From a virus, in IMG/VR virus record IMGVR_UViG_3300034072_000578, positions 1 through 64,000 of that record: a stretch of 64,000 bases of DNA; one strand, written 5' to 3'. Positions 22,201 to 31,592 of this stretch are shown piece after piece. Position numbers and translations under genes: made by a program. Positions within the stretch are counted from its first letter, which is position 1. The number at the start of each line of letters is the position of its first letter. Below the pieces are notes generated by a model. The model saw nothing but the letters and a program-made list of their open reading frames with translations, made no database searches and was not told the DNA's origin.

Positions 22201-25200
22201 GCCCACTCTTAGATAATATTGATCTGTTACGCCATATTCGTCCCATTCGGTGTTGCCTTCTGGTTTCACTTGAACACGATAGCGGATACGTGTCTGTTCG
22301 TCGGTTGTAAGCCCATCAGGGCCGTTCCAAATCACTTCCACTAGTGCGGTAGCCAAATAGCTGATCTGGGCCACTGACAGGGCTGTAGGGGCGTCTAGAA
22401 CGGATGCTTTACTGTCAACCTCTAGAGATAGAGTAGGAGCCGCACCTGAGCTTGCTCTTGTTAGATCGGTGTTAAATGAGATTACCTTAACCGCTACTTC
22501 TTGGTCAGTGCTTACCTTGATCTGGCATTCGTTTGTGTTGAAGATAGTCTGATAGAATGTGAATTCGGCGTCACCGATTGACATGTAAATGTCGGCACCG
22601 CCATAGTTCTTAATGTGACCTGTCTGCCATGATAGAACGCCGTCTACGGACGTATTGTCGTATGAACCATACTGGTCGTGCGCAAACGCTAAGCTACGAA
22701 CATGTAGAACCGTCTTTGGCTCTGTTGTAGCTGGATAAGGCACGATTGTTTCTGGCGGATTGTAAATGGCTTCGTTATATTCTACGAACGTTAGCTTACG
22801 CTGGTCGAAACCAGTTCCCGTTAGAGCTTTTAGACGGTAAGGCTTCTTTACGATTTCCTTGTCGCCGAACATGAAGTTAGAATATTGAGCAGGGGCAGCG
22901 CCGAAAGCTGTAGCAACCGTAATGGTATCGGTTGTGCCTTCAACGTAAACAACGTCTCTTTCTTCAATAACATCAGTGTCCCAAACGGTAGCGTTAGTTC
23001 CTGTTACGAAATCGTTATCACCACCTACAGTTACGTAAGCGCTGTTACCAACTACGTTGATAGCTTCGATTGAACGATCTACTTCGCCTTGAACTAGACG
23101 CTTGCAGTTTTCTAGGGTTAGGACTTTACCGTTAGTTCCAGCTAGGGTTACAACATTACCGCTGCTGCCTACAACCTGATAAGTGCCTCTTGAGGCAGCG
23201 TTACCGATTACTAGGATCGAGTAGTCTTTGTTATCTTCCATTGTTACTGGACGATCTAGCTTGATGACTAGTTCGTTTGAACCAGCGCCTAGACGGCCTG
23301 ATACACCCCAATTAACAACATCGTGTTGAATTAGGGCAACGTCACCAATGCCTAGACCGATTGATTCAACCGGGGCTTCAAAGCTTACAGTGCGTCTTAG
23401 ATAGCGGTTATTATATAGCTGATACCAAACTTCCTGTAGAGCCTGATCGAAGTTGTCGATACCCGGAACTGAGTATGAAACAGCGCGAGGGACATCGCCT
23501 CTCTGGTCTGCCTCTGGATCGACTACGCGGATGGTCTTCTGAGTGTTTAGGTCTTCCTTATCGTAATAAGAAATTTCGAACTCATTAGCTCTGTCTGCCA
23601 TAGCAATGTAGCTGATCGAGAATGTATCTTTGAAGATATTACCCGGACCAAATAGCATTACTGGCTGTTGTGGCTTATCGATAGCTAGTGATAGCTTTGT
23701 TCCTACGCGAGAGAATGCAGCGTGACCGATCTTTAGAACGTCAACGCAAGCATCCCATAGGGTAGTTGTGGTGTCGAATACACCGTTAAACTTTAGGCTG
23801 TTGTCTTCGCACCATTGCGCCCATTCTACGAACGCTGGGAAGTCGATAGAATAGATTCCGGGTGTTCCGCGCTCTTCGCCAATTAGCATGTCTAGAACAA
23901 TCCACGCTGGGTTGTCTGTCCATGCCTTTTGGGTTACGTTACCGTTAATGTCATAGTGATTGACCTTAACACCCTTTACTAGCCAAGTAATGTTAGGAAC
24001 ATTGCTTAGCTGTTCGTTCATCTTGATCTTGTAGTAGGCGTTAGCTACGTGACGTAGAGTCGTTCCACCAGTAACGATTTCACCGATATCGGTTACAATC
24101 GTCTGGTCCATATCATGATCTTCGTCTAGGTTCTGCGTAATCTTTCTTACGCGGATATTATAGATACCCGGAGTTAGAGTCTGTGATTCGATGGTTTTAC
24201 GGATTACTTTAGCGCGCTTATCGGTGAAGTTGAACGCCCATGAAGGCCAACGAGGGTCTGTATTGCCGCCGTTTAGCTGCGTCCAAGTTGAAGCGCTTGC
24301 TAGCTTGTATTCTACGGTTACAACCGACTCATGCCAATCCTTATTGCCCTTCTTCGTAGTGAAGTGGACAATACCCTTAGGGAAAGCTAGATTAACTTGG
24401 AAGCGGTCAATCTCTTCCGTAGTAGTGTGTGTCATGTAGCCGTTGGCGTATGTTAGTTCGGCATTCTTTGTTACCTGACTAATTGAACGGCTGAATAGAG
24501 GGTTTACAGTTTCTGTTGCGCTACCAGCAGTGAATCCCCAAGTTACGGCATCGTAGCTTGTGATTGGCTGATCGTTTAGGTAAGGCGCTGAAACGCCATC
24601 GATTAGACCGTCTGATAGAACAGTTCTACCATATAGATACTGGTCGTCGCCTACGTTCTCGGTGTAAAGGTCAACATAGTTACCAGCTACACGGTATTCC
24701 CCGTATACTACCGGGATTGCTACGCCTTCTTTAGCCGTGTTTTTAGCCCCATCATAACCGTATGATGAGGATTCTTCGTTGTCGATTTTAGGAGTTTTAG
24801 GAGCTAATAGGGCGTTAATTAGTAGACCACCAGCTAGGGTGAATACCGACATACCGATACCAACCGCTAGGGCTGAACCACCTAGAAGAGCTAGACCACC
24901 AATTGCGGCTGGGGCAAATAGGAAGAAAGCACCTACGACAAGGGCGACCATGGCCACCATACGTAGAATGTTCTTGGCACCGCCACCACGGGGAACTACA
25001 ACTAGCTGAATTGTATCAGTAGGCTTTAGGCGTGTCTTACCATGTTCTTCAAGAGTTACCGGAGTCCCATTAAGGCCGATCTTCCATTCACAATCCTTTG
25101 GTAGGTCGTGTAGATAGCGTGCTAGTGTCGTATTCTTTCTATATAGAATCTCACTGTGTTCAACCTTTGATGGGTCGAACGCATTATACAGAATACCAAC

Positions 25201-25224
25201 CTTAATAAACTTCTCAGTCTTCAT
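16264..25224 (-). CDS. tail tip / central tail fibre (lambda J-like, fused I-like N-terminus) with modular receptor-binding extension
   Basis: IPVVYG, WTDNPAW, FN3-like region, then Ala/Ser/Asn coiled-coil spacers alternating with aromatic beta-rich domains. Confidence 0.9.
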   Translation of the reverse strand: MKTEKFIKVGILYNAFDPSKVEHSEILYRKNTTLARYLHDLPKDCEWKIGLNGTPVTLEEHGKTRLKPTDTIQLVVVPRGGGAKNILRMVAMVALVVGAFFLFAPAAIGGLALLGGSALAVGIGMSVFTLAGGLLINALLAPKTPKIDNEESSSYGYDGAKNTAKEGVAIPVVYGEYRVAGNYVDLYTENVGDDQYLYGRTVLSDGLIDGVSAPYLNDQPITSYDAVTWGFTAGSATETVNPLFSRSISQVTKNAELTYANGYMTHTTTEEIDRFQVNLAFPKGIVHFTTKKGNKDWHESVVTVEYKLASASTWTQLNGGNTDPRWPSWAFNFTDKRAKVIRKTIESQTLTPGIYNIRVRKITQNLDEDHDMDQTIVTDIGEIVTGGTTLRHVANAYYKIKMNEQLSNVPNITWLVKGVKVNHYDINGNVTQKAWTDNPAWIVLDMLIGEERGTPGIYSIDFPAFVEWAQWCEDNSLKFNGVFDTTTTLWDACVDVLKIGHAAFSRVGTKLSLAIDKPQQPVMLFGPGNIFKDTFSISYIAMADRANEFEISYYDKEDLNTQKTIRVVDPEADQRGDVPRAVSYSVPGIDNFDQALQEVWYQLYNNRYLRRTVSFEAPVESIGLGIGDVALIQHDVVNWGVSGRLGAGSNELVIKLDRPVTMEDNKDYSILVIGNAASRGTYQVVGSSGNVVTLAGTNGKVLTLENCKRLVQGEVDRSIEAINVVGNSAYVTVGGDNDFVTGTNATVWDTDVIEERDVVYVEGTTDTITVATAFGAAPAQYSNFMFGDKEIVKKPYRLKALTGTGFDQRKLTFVEYNEAIYNPPETIVPYPATTEPKTVLHVRSLAFAHDQYGSYDNTSVDGVLSWQTGHIKNYGGADIYMSIGDAEFTFYQTIFNTNECQIKVSTDQEVAVKVISFNTDLTRASSGAAPTLSLEVDSKASVLDAPTALSVAQISYLATALVEVIWNGPDGLTTDEQTRIRYRVQVKPEGNTEWDEYGVTDQYYLRVGDLRVGTHEFRVRSEIGNSFSDWRTVNFTTFTTTETIQPGATNGSSPSEQALLEQLERDAEAAKDSIEELIETYGTTASAAQSAAEAEGFKVAAENAKTATEGLKSDAEIAAAAAEVSRQASEQAETDANLLKQAAEAAKTASEQARDNASGSANAANGSAQIASTKADEAGISATAAQASAVVASTAARALLPSTFTNADSWSSNWVGATGKITDDARFTLVNDTTFGNVLNVNNVPAFAPHIVPKGDIELVPDRIFEISVQWMLRSGQNGDNPVNGILWAVGIKPDGNANGTYNIPINITVGGVGWGTGYGFKLDKFDVPSNALLADGYTKIRPLIRIDNQGVFSLRTLSIRDVTAERAAKGFADASAESASTASIKATESGNSASSANTSRVNAETAAGNANAYQQQASQSAQDASGSAQTAGNQAGAAATSAYNAGQSANAASNSAQTASTKADEAGNSANAANSSKVAAESAFASAKGILVNSGPTSFRDLYSWTQDFSGGAGDLSGDARFSVRTTNGVTGLGVDNRPHFSPHIASKSLFTLSPGRRLRVNLKWLIVDASSGNPQVSLYLIGRRSNGTDWGISTAFTIQSGQNGWGEGSVYAHHSFECSADDFIAQGVYAARTLARIDVGGYYKLDSMFVEDITDVYNSWNNANASASSAQTASTKADEASQSANAASQSKTDAQTAMGQAQTFAGNASTSANNAAGHEGNAYTYSQNASQSANNANNSANAAAGSAQTASTKANEASVSANAAETSKVSASNIVRANYPSVFNDLNDWSWDWGTASGSLSSDSRFILDESSDGLGRKLGVSNVPHFTPHIVSKGYYPIVRDRRYKITSKLRLRGGQTGSSVSFALFFIGIKDGSFQSGDYWNNASQSFTVGEGQEGWGNGLNTSYIEVNSNTLWDNGVRWIRPLLRIDSQGYYWVTSLQLEDITSANTAKNYADAAAQSASTASIKADEAGNSASAANTSRTNAETAANNANTYRGQAETFRNEASVSASNASGSANTASQQAGLASGSAYNASQYANAASNSANTATTKANEASNSASAVNVSKIEASSYASGNLIGKANFTDGQKGNWSGAVTVQWDGGINAYVLQQTARDVLEGELKDGNWASRRFRMTGNAAAWNGVPARIGFQTKDVNGNINYPTILARPAGTGYGDFSGEFVLGNDVVQARPFLQSANDNGETTHGINWRWFRIEDITSEKNAESFANAASGWSNSASSEANRASGRADAANGYANSAESYRNDAYTHSQNASTYASQADGYRSAAQSASNLAATYSAGGGNMIGNSEFLSKDGWSAYANGAGFDQWEINYPLGDAWHPEGKNVLTIHQNNGDTGLYGQWFYGFMPVVGGQFYEFTAKVAAHRANAEVRIDWYDVDGNGISSTYSGQMATSSGGRQIGNYSHMVARGYAPANAAKALVVVLKMGTFSGQGDSWLWFCEPMFRKYYEAGQSPSTYAAGNGLDTTKTLTANVAQNAIAIADANTQLGSLRTTVQAGNPNLLKNGGFERGITGWVNGYGSWTAISNTWGPYAYIWVGATMTQDRYYYMDSAHMEVDPNTQYTYSCTYGVSGNNGNIRGYTEILWLNSSGQEVSRNGATSRNASFWFEQNRREVATVTSPSNAVKALVRVILYAPNGATVDQMAVRQQKFERGSVATPYSSEATVNTINEAIVTTDGKATTALARAAVKVDVNGLITGWETNNNGQTGNFKVFADNFSVEPSSSSGNRMAWSDGTLRIYAGDTMYVVGKGFGSSNQFLEWTGPAQTNLANCTEANAIKFVKTNGQAYYAGGIIAGTLKNSNAWSGLAATGSTTAGPFGSNGNDIAVNASYSMSCNGLLSFPATSTGLNNYNSAISNLQSNGYNISGSNQDGHYGGKSDNRTTDFTLSLVKGSTTVSTLNTCNGSITLEGQAPVPGDSQAGWIKRTYNYWASFTWNDTEKSTANRTFTVNMSRFNPPDTIASQRVSITTTEW

Positions 25225-25591
25225 ATTTATAACAACCTAAAATCCTGTGTGTCCATCCTCTTGAAAGGCGTTCGATGGTTACGCCGTTAGTCTTTTCCCA
25301 TGTGTGGATCATTGTATCTGGGCCGGTTACATAACCTACGTGGGCACCATAACCTTTGATAGAGAAGAGAACTAATGCGCCTTCTTCTAGGCCGCATTCT
25401 CTCCACTTAAGTTTCTCGACCGATACTACGTCGGCAATAACTTCTAATGTGTCGGGGGAAGTAACGTCAGGAACTTGGACGCCATCTAATTCTTTAGATA
25501 ATAGCATATAAAGTCCGTAACAGTCTAGTGCTTTTCTGTCTCTTCCCCCATATTTAAATGGGATACCGATATAGTTAGTATAGTTTCTCAT
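25214..25591 (-). CDS. NlpC/P60 tail-associated peptidase (lambda K-like)
   Basis: IGIPF..GGRD...LDCYGL, HVG, IHT. Confidence 0.88.
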   Translation of the reverse strand: MRNYTNYIGIPFKYGGRDRKALDCYGLYMLLSKELDGVQVPDVTSPDTLEVIADVVSVEKLKWRECGLEEGALVLFSIKGYGAHVGYVTGPDTMIHTWEKTNGVTIERLSRGWTHRILGCYKYED

Positions 25592-26205
25592 TACGCTGCG
25601 TTTAGACCCGGATATCCGCCGAAGTTAGCAATGTTGCCGTGGGCGATGCAGCCGTTGGTTCCTAGAAGGGTTAGGTCGCATTTTGCTAGAGGGCCAGCAT
25701 ACTTACAGCGTGGGCCTTTGTATTTCCATGCGCAACGGTCTTTAAACTGACGGTAATTAGGGAAGCGCTTGTTTACTGCGCTGTCGGTTCCTAGATCGAA
25801 TTCTACAACATACTCAGTGTTGGTAGCCGCTAGAACCTTGAAAGTTTCTTGGATTTCTGCTGGTGCATCCATAGCGCCGCTATTAACTACGGTCATGGTT
25901 ACGTTAGAACCAACTAGACCGCCGTAAGCTTCCACATACTGCATAAGAACGCGGGTCTGGTCTTGAGCGGTTAGCTTGATTGTTGGCTCAGTATTATTCT
26001 CTACAGTGATGTCTAGATCAAAGTTAGAAGCCTGATAGGTAAGACCGTCGAACACAACGTTCTCGCTGTTCTTTACGAAAGTTAGGGTATTAACCTCTTC
26101 GCCTTCTTCGTTCTTTACGTCAACTTTAATTAGAACAAGGAATAGCTCTTCCGATGCGATCTTGTTCTTTTCAATGATACTACCTACGCTTAAATGTCTT
26201 GCCAT
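25591..26205 (-). CDS. minor tail protein (lambda L-like)
   Basis: C-terminal C.WKYK...C.Y....C........C.....N..NFGGYPG Fe-S motif. Confidence 0.88.
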   Translation of the reverse strand: MARHLSVGSIIEKNKIASEELFLVLIKVDVKNEEGEEVNTLTFVKNSENVVFDGLTYQASNFDLDITVENNTEPTIKLTAQDQTRVLMQYVEAYGGLVGSNVTMTVVNSGAMDAPAEIQETFKVLAATNTEYVVEFDLGTDSAVNKRFPNYRQFKDRCAWKYKGPRCKYAGPLAKCDLTLLGTNGCIAHGNIANFGGYPGLNAA

Positions 26206-26561
26206 TATACTTCTTCTAACTTAATTCCTGTAATGTCCCATCTATAGTTCGAACCATAACCTTTATAGTCAAATGTCGGAACTCCTGCGAAGCGAACTTG
26301 CACAGTTTCATTACTAGTTTTTACTAAATAAGTAAACACCTTGTAAGTCCCATTGTTATTAAAAAATGTTTCGAACGTTTCTTTTTCCGCATTTGATAGA
26401 TCGGTGAAACCCGTTGTCCATGTTCTGCGCGGTCTACGTGTATGTCTTGGTCTGGTTAATACGTATCCGCCCTCCATTTCAGAGCGGATACCTACGTCTT
26501 CCAAACTTAGTCCAAATTTATCGGTGGCCTCGCGATCACCGAAAGTTGGAAAGTCTGCCAT
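26205..26561 (-). CDS. distal tail protein (lambda M-like)
   Basis: SEMEGG...RPR.T motif; immediately after tape measure. Confidence 0.8.
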   Translation of the reverse strand: MADFPTFGDREATDKFGLSLEDVGIRSEMEGGYVLTRPRHTRRPRRTWTTGFTDLSNAEKETFETFFNNNGTYKVFTYLVKTSNETVQVRFAGVPTFDYKGYGSNYRWDITGIKLEEV

Positions 26562-29500
26562 TATTTCATTCCTTTCATGCTGTCTCTTAATGGACCCGGC
26601 TTAGACATGTTCTTTAGGATCACATCGATAATCATCTTTTCACCATCGAAGCGCGGTTGTGATGACGTTGCGTCCATCTGAGTGCCTGACTGGTTAATGA
26701 TGTTTACGGTTGTTTCTGGAGCTTGCTTGCTGCCAGACGATCCCATTGCTTTCATCTGTTCGGGAGTTAGGACGGTTTCACCCTTCTCCGCGATGATTGG
26801 GACTTCGTTAGGCTTTAGACCTACCATGCCCCCTGTGTGGTATCTTTCGGCGAAAGCGAAGATAGCAGGGTCTACCGTCGTTCTTCCCGGTGAACCCGAA
26901 CCAACCGTCCCTCCCCTATGGAACGTTGGGGTGCTGTTGAAAGCGGCGATTGGAGCTAGCCCATCGGCGGCGAAGTTATTCGAACCGCTGTAACCTAGGC
27001 CAATTGCGCTCAAAATTGCTTTCGCGATCAATGCGCGGATAATGATCTTTGTGATATCGATTAGAAGCGACTTTACGAAATCACCGAACGCTAACTTACC
27101 GCGAGCTAAACCGTCAATGAAGCTATCCATTGAGCTAGTTAGAGTGCTTCCTAACTGCCCCTTTAGATCAGCGGCGGATTGTGCCCAGCTTCCGAACATG
27201 CTTTGAGCGATGTTATTCTTTTTCGCTAGAGCTTTTAGGTAGTTGTAATACTGGTCGGCAATCTTCCTACCCTCCGGACCATAAAGGTTCTGCGTTTCGT
27301 CAATTAGACCCTGTATACGGGCCACTTCACGTTGGTAGTTAGCTTCTCTTTGCTGGTCTTCCGTTAGAAGAGCATCATTGATTTCAATAGTGCTTTCTTG
27401 CGCCTTCTTAGCCTCTAGAGCCATTAGTTCTAGTCGGCGATCATGGGCAGCTTTATTGATTTCTTCCTGTGTCTTGGTGACGATGCCTTGGTTGGTAGAC
27501 TTTAGGTTTTCGCTATATTGCTGGCGCAACTTAGCAATGTATCTATCAACCTGATTAGATACGTTAGAATAGCCAACCTCTAGGGAACCTAGAGCATCTT
27601 GTGCCTGTAGATTCTGATCGTTAACCGCAGTTTGTAGACGCTCTAGATTCTGCTGTGCCTTAGCTAGAGCAGTGATTTCGTCCTTATGCTTCTTAACGTC
27701 TTCCTTTAGCGAAGGAATCATGTTCTTATATTTTAGGGTTTCGGCGTTTAGAGTCGATTGAACCTTGATAGCCGCGACATAGGCACGAACTTCCGCTTCG
27801 ATTTCCTCGCGGTTATCGTTGAAGTTGCCGATGGCGTCGTTTTCAGGCGTAGTCGCTAACTCTGCGTTAAGCTCCTTGACCTTCATCATGAAGTTTACTA
27901 GCTGGTTTCTAGAAGAGTCTAAGCTGCCTAGCTTGTCCTTGGTATTTGTATTAACCGCAGCAACTTGCTTTTCTACTCCCTTGGTTAAGTCTACCGAATT
28001 AACCATGATGGTAGCTTGCTCTACTAGGTTAGCACTATCCTGTAGCTCCTTCGCATACTTTTGGGTTTCGCCAGAATAAAAGTTTAGATTATCTGTAGCT
28101 TTCTCATACTCTGTCTTTTGGCCTAGGACGTAGCGCTTAAATAGATTGATACCTCCCCAACCCGGATCAAGCATCCCGCCATTTTCTTTTCTTTCGGCAT
28201 CTTCTTTCTTTTTAGCGTCGTTTAGGTCCATTTGAGCGCCAACCATTCTGGCTCTAGCGTTAGCTAGAGCAGCCTTGGCGTTCTTCATTAGCTCTACGGT
28301 ATGGTTTTTAATTGTGTTAAGATCGCGAACACGCTCCGCACGGTTTTCGGCGGTTGCGGTTCTAACCTTATCAAATGCGTCCTCTAGAGCGTTCTGAGCG
28401 TTCTTTAGGTTCTTGCTAGCCATTTCATGCTGGATGCTGGCGTCAATGTCACGCTGAGTAGCTTCTTTCTTTCTGGTTAGGAAATAAATTAGACCACCGA
28501 TTGCCGCACCGACTAGAACAACTTCCGCAGCTACGGCAGCTAGAGCCGCAAGGCTTATAGCTCCAGCACGGTTAAAGATGCCCATCGCTGTAGCGGCGGC
28601 AGTGAAAGCTTCGCCAAGGATTATAGTTGCTCTAGCGGCTACTGTAGCGGGTGCGGATAGAGTCGCAATAATCATTTTGACTTGAGTTAGTGGGGTTAGG
28701 AACTTGATAATAGTTCCTGCGCCACCTAGGAACACGCTTCCTAAGTTTCTGATAATGCTAGTCGCTGCGTTGAAGGCGAAGAAGCCAGCAGCTACCTTTA
28801 GAAGAAGCGCAATCTCTTCTCTGTATTCGTATACGAACTTAATGGCGTTAGAGAAAGCAATAGCGACGGTTCCTAGACCTTCGGTTACTTCTCTCATAAA
28901 CTGATCGCCCGAAGCGCTGTTTAGGAATTCAGTTAGCTCCGAAACCTCTTTCTTAATCACATTGAAGAAGCTGTTTGAGCCGCCGTCACTTGTGACGCGA
29001 AGGATCATCTTTTGCCATGCGTTCTGCATACGAACCATTAGACCGTCCCACGTAGCCATCATGTTCTCTGCCCCGCCCTTATACTTGATGGACCATAGCT
29101 CCATTAGCTTGGGAACAGCATCGGCAGAAAGGACTAGACCTTTTCTCATTTTAGCGTCTAGCTCTGGGATAGTCATATCTAAAGCTTCCGCCATGTCCTT
29201 CATGGCGTTAGGGATAGCGTCACCCAACTGCTGTCTTAGTTCTTCGGCTGTAACCTTACCCTTTGAAAGCATCTGCGATAGAGCAATGCCAGCGCGGTTC
29301 ATTTCGTCGGTAGAACCACCGAAGAACGCAACTGTGTCTACTAGAGCTTGCATCGTCCCTTGGGTAGGATCGATACCGGAAGCTTTTAGTTTTACGAATG
29401 ATTTTGTTAGGGCTTCGATCTTGAATGGAGCGTTGTCAGCTAGATTCCAAATGTATCTGCTGTCCGACTTACCAATTACTGCGTTCTCCATTTCGCTAGC

Positions 29501-29956
29501 GCCGCCAGCTACGTTCTTTAGAAGAACTTGCATCTTCTCAAACTGAGAGTTAGTCTCGATAACGTCACCTAGAACGCCGCCGAATAGGGATTGACCCGTA
29601 AATAGGATCGCTCTAACCGAGTAAACGGCTAGGATTAGATCACGAATGCCAGTGTTCAATCCACCCACACTATGACGGGCAGAAGTCGAACTTCTTGACA
29701 TGTTGTTCATTGATTGGGTGAAAGAGTTAATACGGCTAGTGGCGTTGCCTAGAGCCTGCGTAATCTGGTTAAGACCAGTAGTAACACCCCTAACGGAACT
29801 GTTCATTCCGTTAAGAGTCTTCATCATGTTTGTTAGGGCACGACTAGAATTACTAATGCGTGTGTTAAAGGAGTTAAGACGACGTTCTGTTGACTCTAGC
29901 GTCTTAATAAGACCCGAAGCATCACCGTCAATCGTAATTACTAATCTATCTGCCAT
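26561..29956 (-). CDS. tape measure protein
   Basis: 1131 aa helical; ALSQM.SKGKVTAEELRQQLGD; C-terminal FH.GG and GLKPNEVPII...GE.VL. Confidence 0.92.
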   Translation of the reverse strand: MADRLVITIDGDASGLIKTLESTERRLNSFNTRISNSSRALTNMMKTLNGMNSSVRGVTTGLNQITQALGNATSRINSFTQSMNNMSRSSTSARHSVGGLNTGIRDLILAVYSVRAILFTGQSLFGGVLGDVIETNSQFEKMQVLLKNVAGGASEMENAVIGKSDSRYIWNLADNAPFKIEALTKSFVKLKASGIDPTQGTMQALVDTVAFFGGSTDEMNRAGIALSQMLSKGKVTAEELRQQLGDAIPNAMKDMAEALDMTIPELDAKMRKGLVLSADAVPKLMELWSIKYKGGAENMMATWDGLMVRMQNAWQKMILRVTSDGGSNSFFNVIKKEVSELTEFLNSASGDQFMREVTEGLGTVAIAFSNAIKFVYEYREEIALLLKVAAGFFAFNAATSIIRNLGSVFLGGAGTIIKFLTPLTQVKMIIATLSAPATVAARATIILGEAFTAAATAMGIFNRAGAISLAALAAVAAEVVLVGAAIGGLIYFLTRKKEATQRDIDASIQHEMASKNLKNAQNALEDAFDKVRTATAENRAERVRDLNTIKNHTVELMKNAKAALANARARMVGAQMDLNDAKKKEDAERKENGGMLDPGWGGINLFKRYVLGQKTEYEKATDNLNFYSGETQKYAKELQDSANLVEQATIMVNSVDLTKGVEKQVAAVNTNTKDKLGSLDSSRNQLVNFMMKVKELNAELATTPENDAIGNFNDNREEIEAEVRAYVAAIKVQSTLNAETLKYKNMIPSLKEDVKKHKDEITALAKAQQNLERLQTAVNDQNLQAQDALGSLEVGYSNVSNQVDRYIAKLRQQYSENLKSTNQGIVTKTQEEINKAAHDRRLELMALEAKKAQESTIEINDALLTEDQQREANYQREVARIQGLIDETQNLYGPEGRKIADQYYNYLKALAKKNNIAQSMFGSWAQSAADLKGQLGSTLTSSMDSFIDGLARGKLAFGDFVKSLLIDITKIIIRALIAKAILSAIGLGYSGSNNFAADGLAPIAAFNSTPTFHRGGTVGSGSPGRTTVDPAIFAFAERYHTGGMVGLKPNEVPIIAEKGETVLTPEQMKAMGSSGSKQAPETTVNIINQSGTQMDATSSQPRFDGEKMIIDVILKNMSKPGPLRDSMKGMK

Positions 29957-30272
29957 TCATCTTCCCACTTAATGCTTGTAGTCTTTCCATCGCATCCGGG
30001 TCCATGCCGCGTTCAATTACGATGGGATTGCCCGTCTCTTCTTCTAGCTTCTTGATGAGGCTATTAGCTGCTTCACCGGATTGTGAGCTAGCCATGACGG
30101 TAAGTAGCCGAATATCTTGTTCGGCTCTTAATCGACTTATGTTGCTATTATATAGCGTAAATACTTTAAGGGGAAGTGATAATACGTCTTGGTATTTGAA
30201 GCCATAGAAATGGCTTACGCGGGTAATATAAAAGGGAAGATCAAGGCGTGTTACCCTGTCTCCCCCTGTGCT
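29946..30272 (-). CDS. tail assembly chaperone extension (gpT), reached by -1 frameshift
   Basis: Open -1 frame (...DRVTRLDLPFYITRVSHFYGFKYQDVLSLPLKVF...) without its own start; GGGGGAA at 30278-30272. Confidence 0.8.
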   Translation of the reverse strand, partial: STGGDRVTRLDLPFYITRVSHFYGFKYQDVLSLPLKVFTLYNSNISRLRAEQDIRLLTVMASSQSGEAANSLIKKLEEETGNPIVIERGMDPDAMERLQALSGKMNGR

Positions 30273-30589
30273 TCCCCCTCGCCTGCGTCCTCCGAACTAG
30301 CGTCTTCTGCTAGCATACGGATAGCTGATAGCTGCGCCATTGTCAGCTTGCGGAATTGTTCTTCTGTTACTGTAGGGAAACTCTTTAAAAGCGTTTCAAT
30401 CGTTAGTTCCAGCATCTTTGATGCGGTATCTAATTCGCTTTCGCCACCGAGCTTTTCGATCTTCTCGGCTCGCTTCATCTGTTCGATATAGTCTTCGACG
30501 GTGGGAGTGTGCATGACATGCTCCACACCGCCAAGGATGATTGCTCTTTCTTTATTAGTGACAATCTGATCTAAGTTTACAACTTTCAT
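30251..30589 (-). CDS. tail assembly chaperone (gpG)
   Basis: Between tail tube and tape measure; slippery site near 3' end. Confidence 0.82.
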   Translation of the reverse strand: MKVVNLDQIVTNKERAIILGGVEHVMHTPTVEDYIEQMKRAEKIEKLGGESELDTASKMLELTIETLLKSFPTVTEEQFRKLTMAQLSAIRMLAEDASSEDAGEGEAQGETG

Positions 30590-30608
30590 TTAAAATCCTT
30601 ATTAATGA

Positions 30609-31145
30609 TTAGGTCGCGGCTGCGCTCTTATCACCAATAATGAATAGTAGTCCAGTTGTCAAGTCTGGGTAGCCAGTGAACTCGATAGAATACACTCTTT
30701 CTTCGTCATGCTTGTATGAGAAGGTTAGATCGCCCTTAGGTGAAGCGATAGGTAGAGTGAAGTCCTGTGACTTGTCGCTTGTAGCTAGAGGCTTAGGGTG
30801 TAGGTTTAGTTCGCCAGCTAGAGAACGTAGCGAAATACCAACGCCAGTAGCGCCGTTTAGCTTCTTCTTTGTTTGAACCGTAGCGTCGGTAACAAGAGTT
30901 GAACCGGGGAAAGCTACCTGTAGACGATCAAGCGATGTTTCAGCTAGAGGCGTCTTTACGGTCGCTGTGCGTCCAGTGATATACTCATTGACTTCCGTTC
31001 CACCAAACTGGTCAACAGTGATCTTATAAGTAGTAGTAGATAGCGTAACTTCTACACCACCCTTTGTTAAACCTAGGTCATCACCGTCGAAAGTAACGAT
31101 GCAGGCACCTAGTTGAATGTTGTTTACGTCCGAGGTCATAACCAT
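30609..31145 (-). CDS. major tail (tube) protein
   Basis: DLGLTKGGVEV...VDQFG motif; position. Confidence 0.82.
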   Translation of the reverse strand: MVMTSDVNNIQLGACIVTFDGDDLGLTKGGVEVTLSTTTYKITVDQFGGTEVNEYITGRTATVKTPLAETSLDRLQVAFPGSTLVTDATVQTKKKLNGATGVGISLRSLAGELNLHPKPLATSDKSQDFTLPIASPKGDLTFSYKHDEERVYSIEFTGYPDLTTGLLFIIGDKSAAAT

Positions 31146-31208
31146 TTATTAACTCCAATATTTAAATCGGAATAGATTATAACACAAGGATATTAGAAAT
31201 CAAATTAG

Positions 31209-31592
31209 TTATTTAGCAACAAACCTAATTTCATAGGTAACACTAAACTCAATAATCCCGCTATCACTTCTGCGATAAACCCTAGCTTGATATAGGGGCC
31301 TTACATATTTAATAAACATGGCAGGCGTATCTTTATTAAACAAGGTAAGGGCGTTAGATAGATTTTCGCATAAAGCGATCCCTTGTTCGTATCTCATGTT
31401 ACGGACAATGATCTGAAACTTCCCTTTAAAGTAGCGGGGCGTATCAGGATCGATAATCGGCGGATCGTTTGAGGGATACAGGATGATACCATTGTTCATT
31501 TCCGCATTAGCAGAATATAAGAACATGTCTTTATTAAGAGTAGCTAGATTAGCTTCTTCGATTAGGTTTGCGATGGTTTCAATCTGATACAT
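31209..31592 (-). CDS. tail terminator / minor capsid-type protein
   Basis: FQIIVR motif; synteny. Confidence 0.65.
   Translation of the reverse strand: MYQIETIANLIEEANLATLNKDMFLYSANAEMNNGIILYPSNDPPIIDPDTPRYFKGKFQIIVRNMRYEQGIALCENLSNALTLFNKDTPAMFIKYVRPLYQARVYRRSDSGIIEFSVTYEIRFVAK

Noticed and set aside
17353-24439. Many antisense and alternative-frame ORFs within the tail fibre and other long genes
   Set aside because: Shadow ORFs of codon-biased real genes, with no motifs or SD
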